From contig JAXGZF010000008.1 of NCBI GenBank assembly GCA_040771865.1, positions 146,722 to 196,629 on the forward strand: a DNA stretch of 49,908 bases. Direction: 5' to 3'. Numbering within the stretch: position 1 is the stretch's first letter; each line of letters opens with the position of its first letter. The position numbers and the translations under genes were made by a program. The notes under the pieces were generated by a model that was not told the origin of the DNA, did not search any database, and was given only the letters and a program-made list of their open reading frames with translations. Below, piece by piece: positions 48,303 to 49,908 of the stretch. Source of the stretch: Desulfobacterales bacterium. GTDB lineage: Bacteria > Desulfobacterota > Desulfobacteria > Desulfobacterales > UBA2245.

Positions 48303-49908
48303 GTGAAAACCCAGGGTGCATTCCTTGAAAAACTGTTTTTCCGGCTGAAAGAAACGAATTTTGCCTTTCTCCTTTACGCGCTTCTGATTGTTCTGATTTT
48401 TGCCGTCGGTCTGCTTTGCACCGTTCCGCCGATCAGCAAGGACGCCCTGATTCACCACCTGGCCGTCCCGAAGCTGTATTTAAAAAATGGCGGCATGTAT
48501 GAAATTCCGTCCATGGTGTATTCCTATTATCCCATGAACCTTCAGATGCTGTACATGGCCGCGCTTTACTTGGGCAGCGACGTCGCTCCCAAGTTCATTC
48601 ATTTTTCATTCGCCCTGCTCACGGCCGGGCTGATTTACGGCTATCTGAAACAACGGCTGAACGTATTTTACGGTATTCTGGGCACTGTCTTCTTTCTGTC
48701 CATTCCGATCGTCATCAAACTGTCCATTACGGTCTATGTCGAACTGGGGCTGATTTTTTTTTCAACCGCTTCGATACTGCTGATTTTTAAATGGACTGAG
48801 AACGGATTTCAAACCCGGCATCTGGTCTTTTCCGCTGTTTTTTGCGGTCTGGCCATGGGAACCAAATACAACGGACTAGTGGTCTGCTTCATTCTATCGA
48901 TGTTCGTGACTTTTGTATATTCCCGCTTCAACAAGAAAAGACATTTCGCCGGATTGAAAGCCGTCCAACATGGCGTTGCTTTCCTGACAATTGCGTTCTT
49001 GGTTTTTTCCCCATGGGCGATCCGCAACTGGAATTGGACGGGCAATCCGATTTACCCCCTTTACAACGGCTTTTTCAGCCATGCCCGAACCATTGTAAAC
49101 AATATCGCAAACATTTCAAAACCCGTCGTTCCGGCAGTCGTTGCGGAGCCCGAGAATTCAGCGCCAAAATATCGGAAGCCCGGTCACATTGCGTACCGTA
49201 GTTTGATTTATGATGAGACTCCGTGGGAGATTGCCCTGTTGCCAGTGCGTGTTTTCTTTCAGGGCAGGGACGGGGACCCGAAATATTTTGACGGAAAGCT
49301 CAATCCTTTTCTGTTGATTCTGCCGTTTTTCGCCTTTTGGAGAGCAGGGTGCCTCAATCCGGTGTACAAGTGGGAGATCAAGGCCCTTGCCTGGTTCTCC
49401 GCGCTTTTTTTTCTGATCGCCCTGTTTACCACCGTCATGCGGATCCGCTATATTTTGCCGATCATACCGCCCCTGGTGATTCTGTCTGTTTTCGGGCTGT
49501 ACAATATCAGTGAAAGCATTCAAGCGATCAGCTCACGGGGTAAGCTTTTGACTGGAGCGTGTCTGGGCGGGGTTGTGGTTGCCTGTTTGGCTCACAATGC
49601 GGTTTATCTGGCGGAGCAGTATCGATACGTTCAGCCCCTCGACTATATAACCGGACGCATAAGCCGCCATGAATACATTGCCAAATACCGGTTTGAATAT
49701 CCCGCGATGCGGTATATCAACGAAAACCTGCCGTCTGATTCAAAGATTCTTTTTTTCTTTATGGGCAAGCGCGGATATTATTGCGACCGGGAATATGTAC
49801 CCGAGAGCCAGACGCTCCTTTTGCGTTTCATTCAGCAGGGAAAGACCCCGGAAGATATATTTAATGCGTATGGCGCCATGAAAATAACTCACCTGCTGGT
49901 TCAAAAGA
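48303..49908 (+). CDS. GT-C / PMT-like membrane glycosyltransferase (runs off window)
   Basis: Own translation from GTG at 48303: ...PPISKDALIHHLAVPKLY...YSYYP...GLAMGTKYNG...GNPIYP..., many TMs; the same frame is open at the window end; absent from the ORF track because there is no stop. Confidence 0.78.
   Translation, partial: MKTQGAFLEKLFFRLKETNFAFLLYALLIVLIFAVGLLCTVPPISKDALIHHLAVPKLYLKNGGMYEIPSMVYSYYPMNLQMLYMAALYLGSDVAPKFIHFSFALLTAGLIYGYLKQRLNVFYGILGTVFFLSIPIVIKLSITVYVELGLIFFSTASILLIFKWTENGFQTRHLVFSAVFCGLAMGTKYNGLVVCFILSMFVTFVYSRFNKKRHFAGLKAVQHGVAFLTIAFLVFSPWAIRNWNWTGNPIYPLYNGFFSHARTIVNNIANISKPVVPAVVAEPENSAPKYRKPGHIAYRSLIYDETPWEIALLPVRVFFQGRDGDPKYFDGKLNPFLLILPFFAFWRAGCLNPVYKWEIKALAWFSALFFLIALFTTVMRIRYILPIIPPLVILSVFGLYNISESIQAISSRGKLLTGACLGGVVVACLAHNAVYLAEQYRYVQPLDYITGRISRHEYIAKYRFEYPAMRYINENLPSDSKILFFFMGKRGYYCDREYVPESQTLLLRFIQQGKTPEDIFNAYGAMKITHLLVQK

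Noticed and set aside
48296..48328. ATG at 48296 as start of the final glycosyltransferase
   Set aside because: That frame stops after 10 codons; the open frame starts at GTG 48303

Overview
About 50 kb of moderately GC-rich bacterial chromosome. Gene content (Geobacter-type pilA leader, pilR with a sigma54 promoter, NIL-ferredoxin, selC, Cache-type MCP) suggests an anaerobic Desulfobacterota/deltaproteobacterium; this is inference. The housekeeping backbone is ribF, tRNA-Leu(CAG), djlA, mnmA-mtaB, arfB, tRNA-Sec, larC, pgpA-lepB-pyrB-pyrC and pilR-pilA plus a pilin ABC/glycosylation locus. Accessory genes include MCP-cheW, a cobalamin-riboswitch-controlled SphA-type beta-barrel, an EIIA-fused Na/K-ATPase-like P-type ATPase, a Ser-type sulfatase with its maturase, MATE, OCD and AI-2E. 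The most striking non-genic signal lies between selC and pilR, where defence/TA-like cargo genes sit in gaps of the housekeeping run. Each cargo (Fic, AbiEi/AbiEii, four-helix-bundle protein, ORF6N) is bracketed by strand-asymmetric short-repeat arrays: 9-mer NNCACGAAG arrays or 7-mer GARRSMT arrays, with inverted pyrimidine-rich arms. A decayed second copy of an array plus an abiEii fragment at 30.4-30.7 kb suggests these repeat-bounded cassettes move or duplicate. Also present: four copies of a 143-145 bp MITE with YTAA target sites (one disrupting a gene), a collapsed MCP-cheW duplication scar, and a ~200-nt long-hairpin ncRNA candidate. No transposase, integrase or cas gene is seen.
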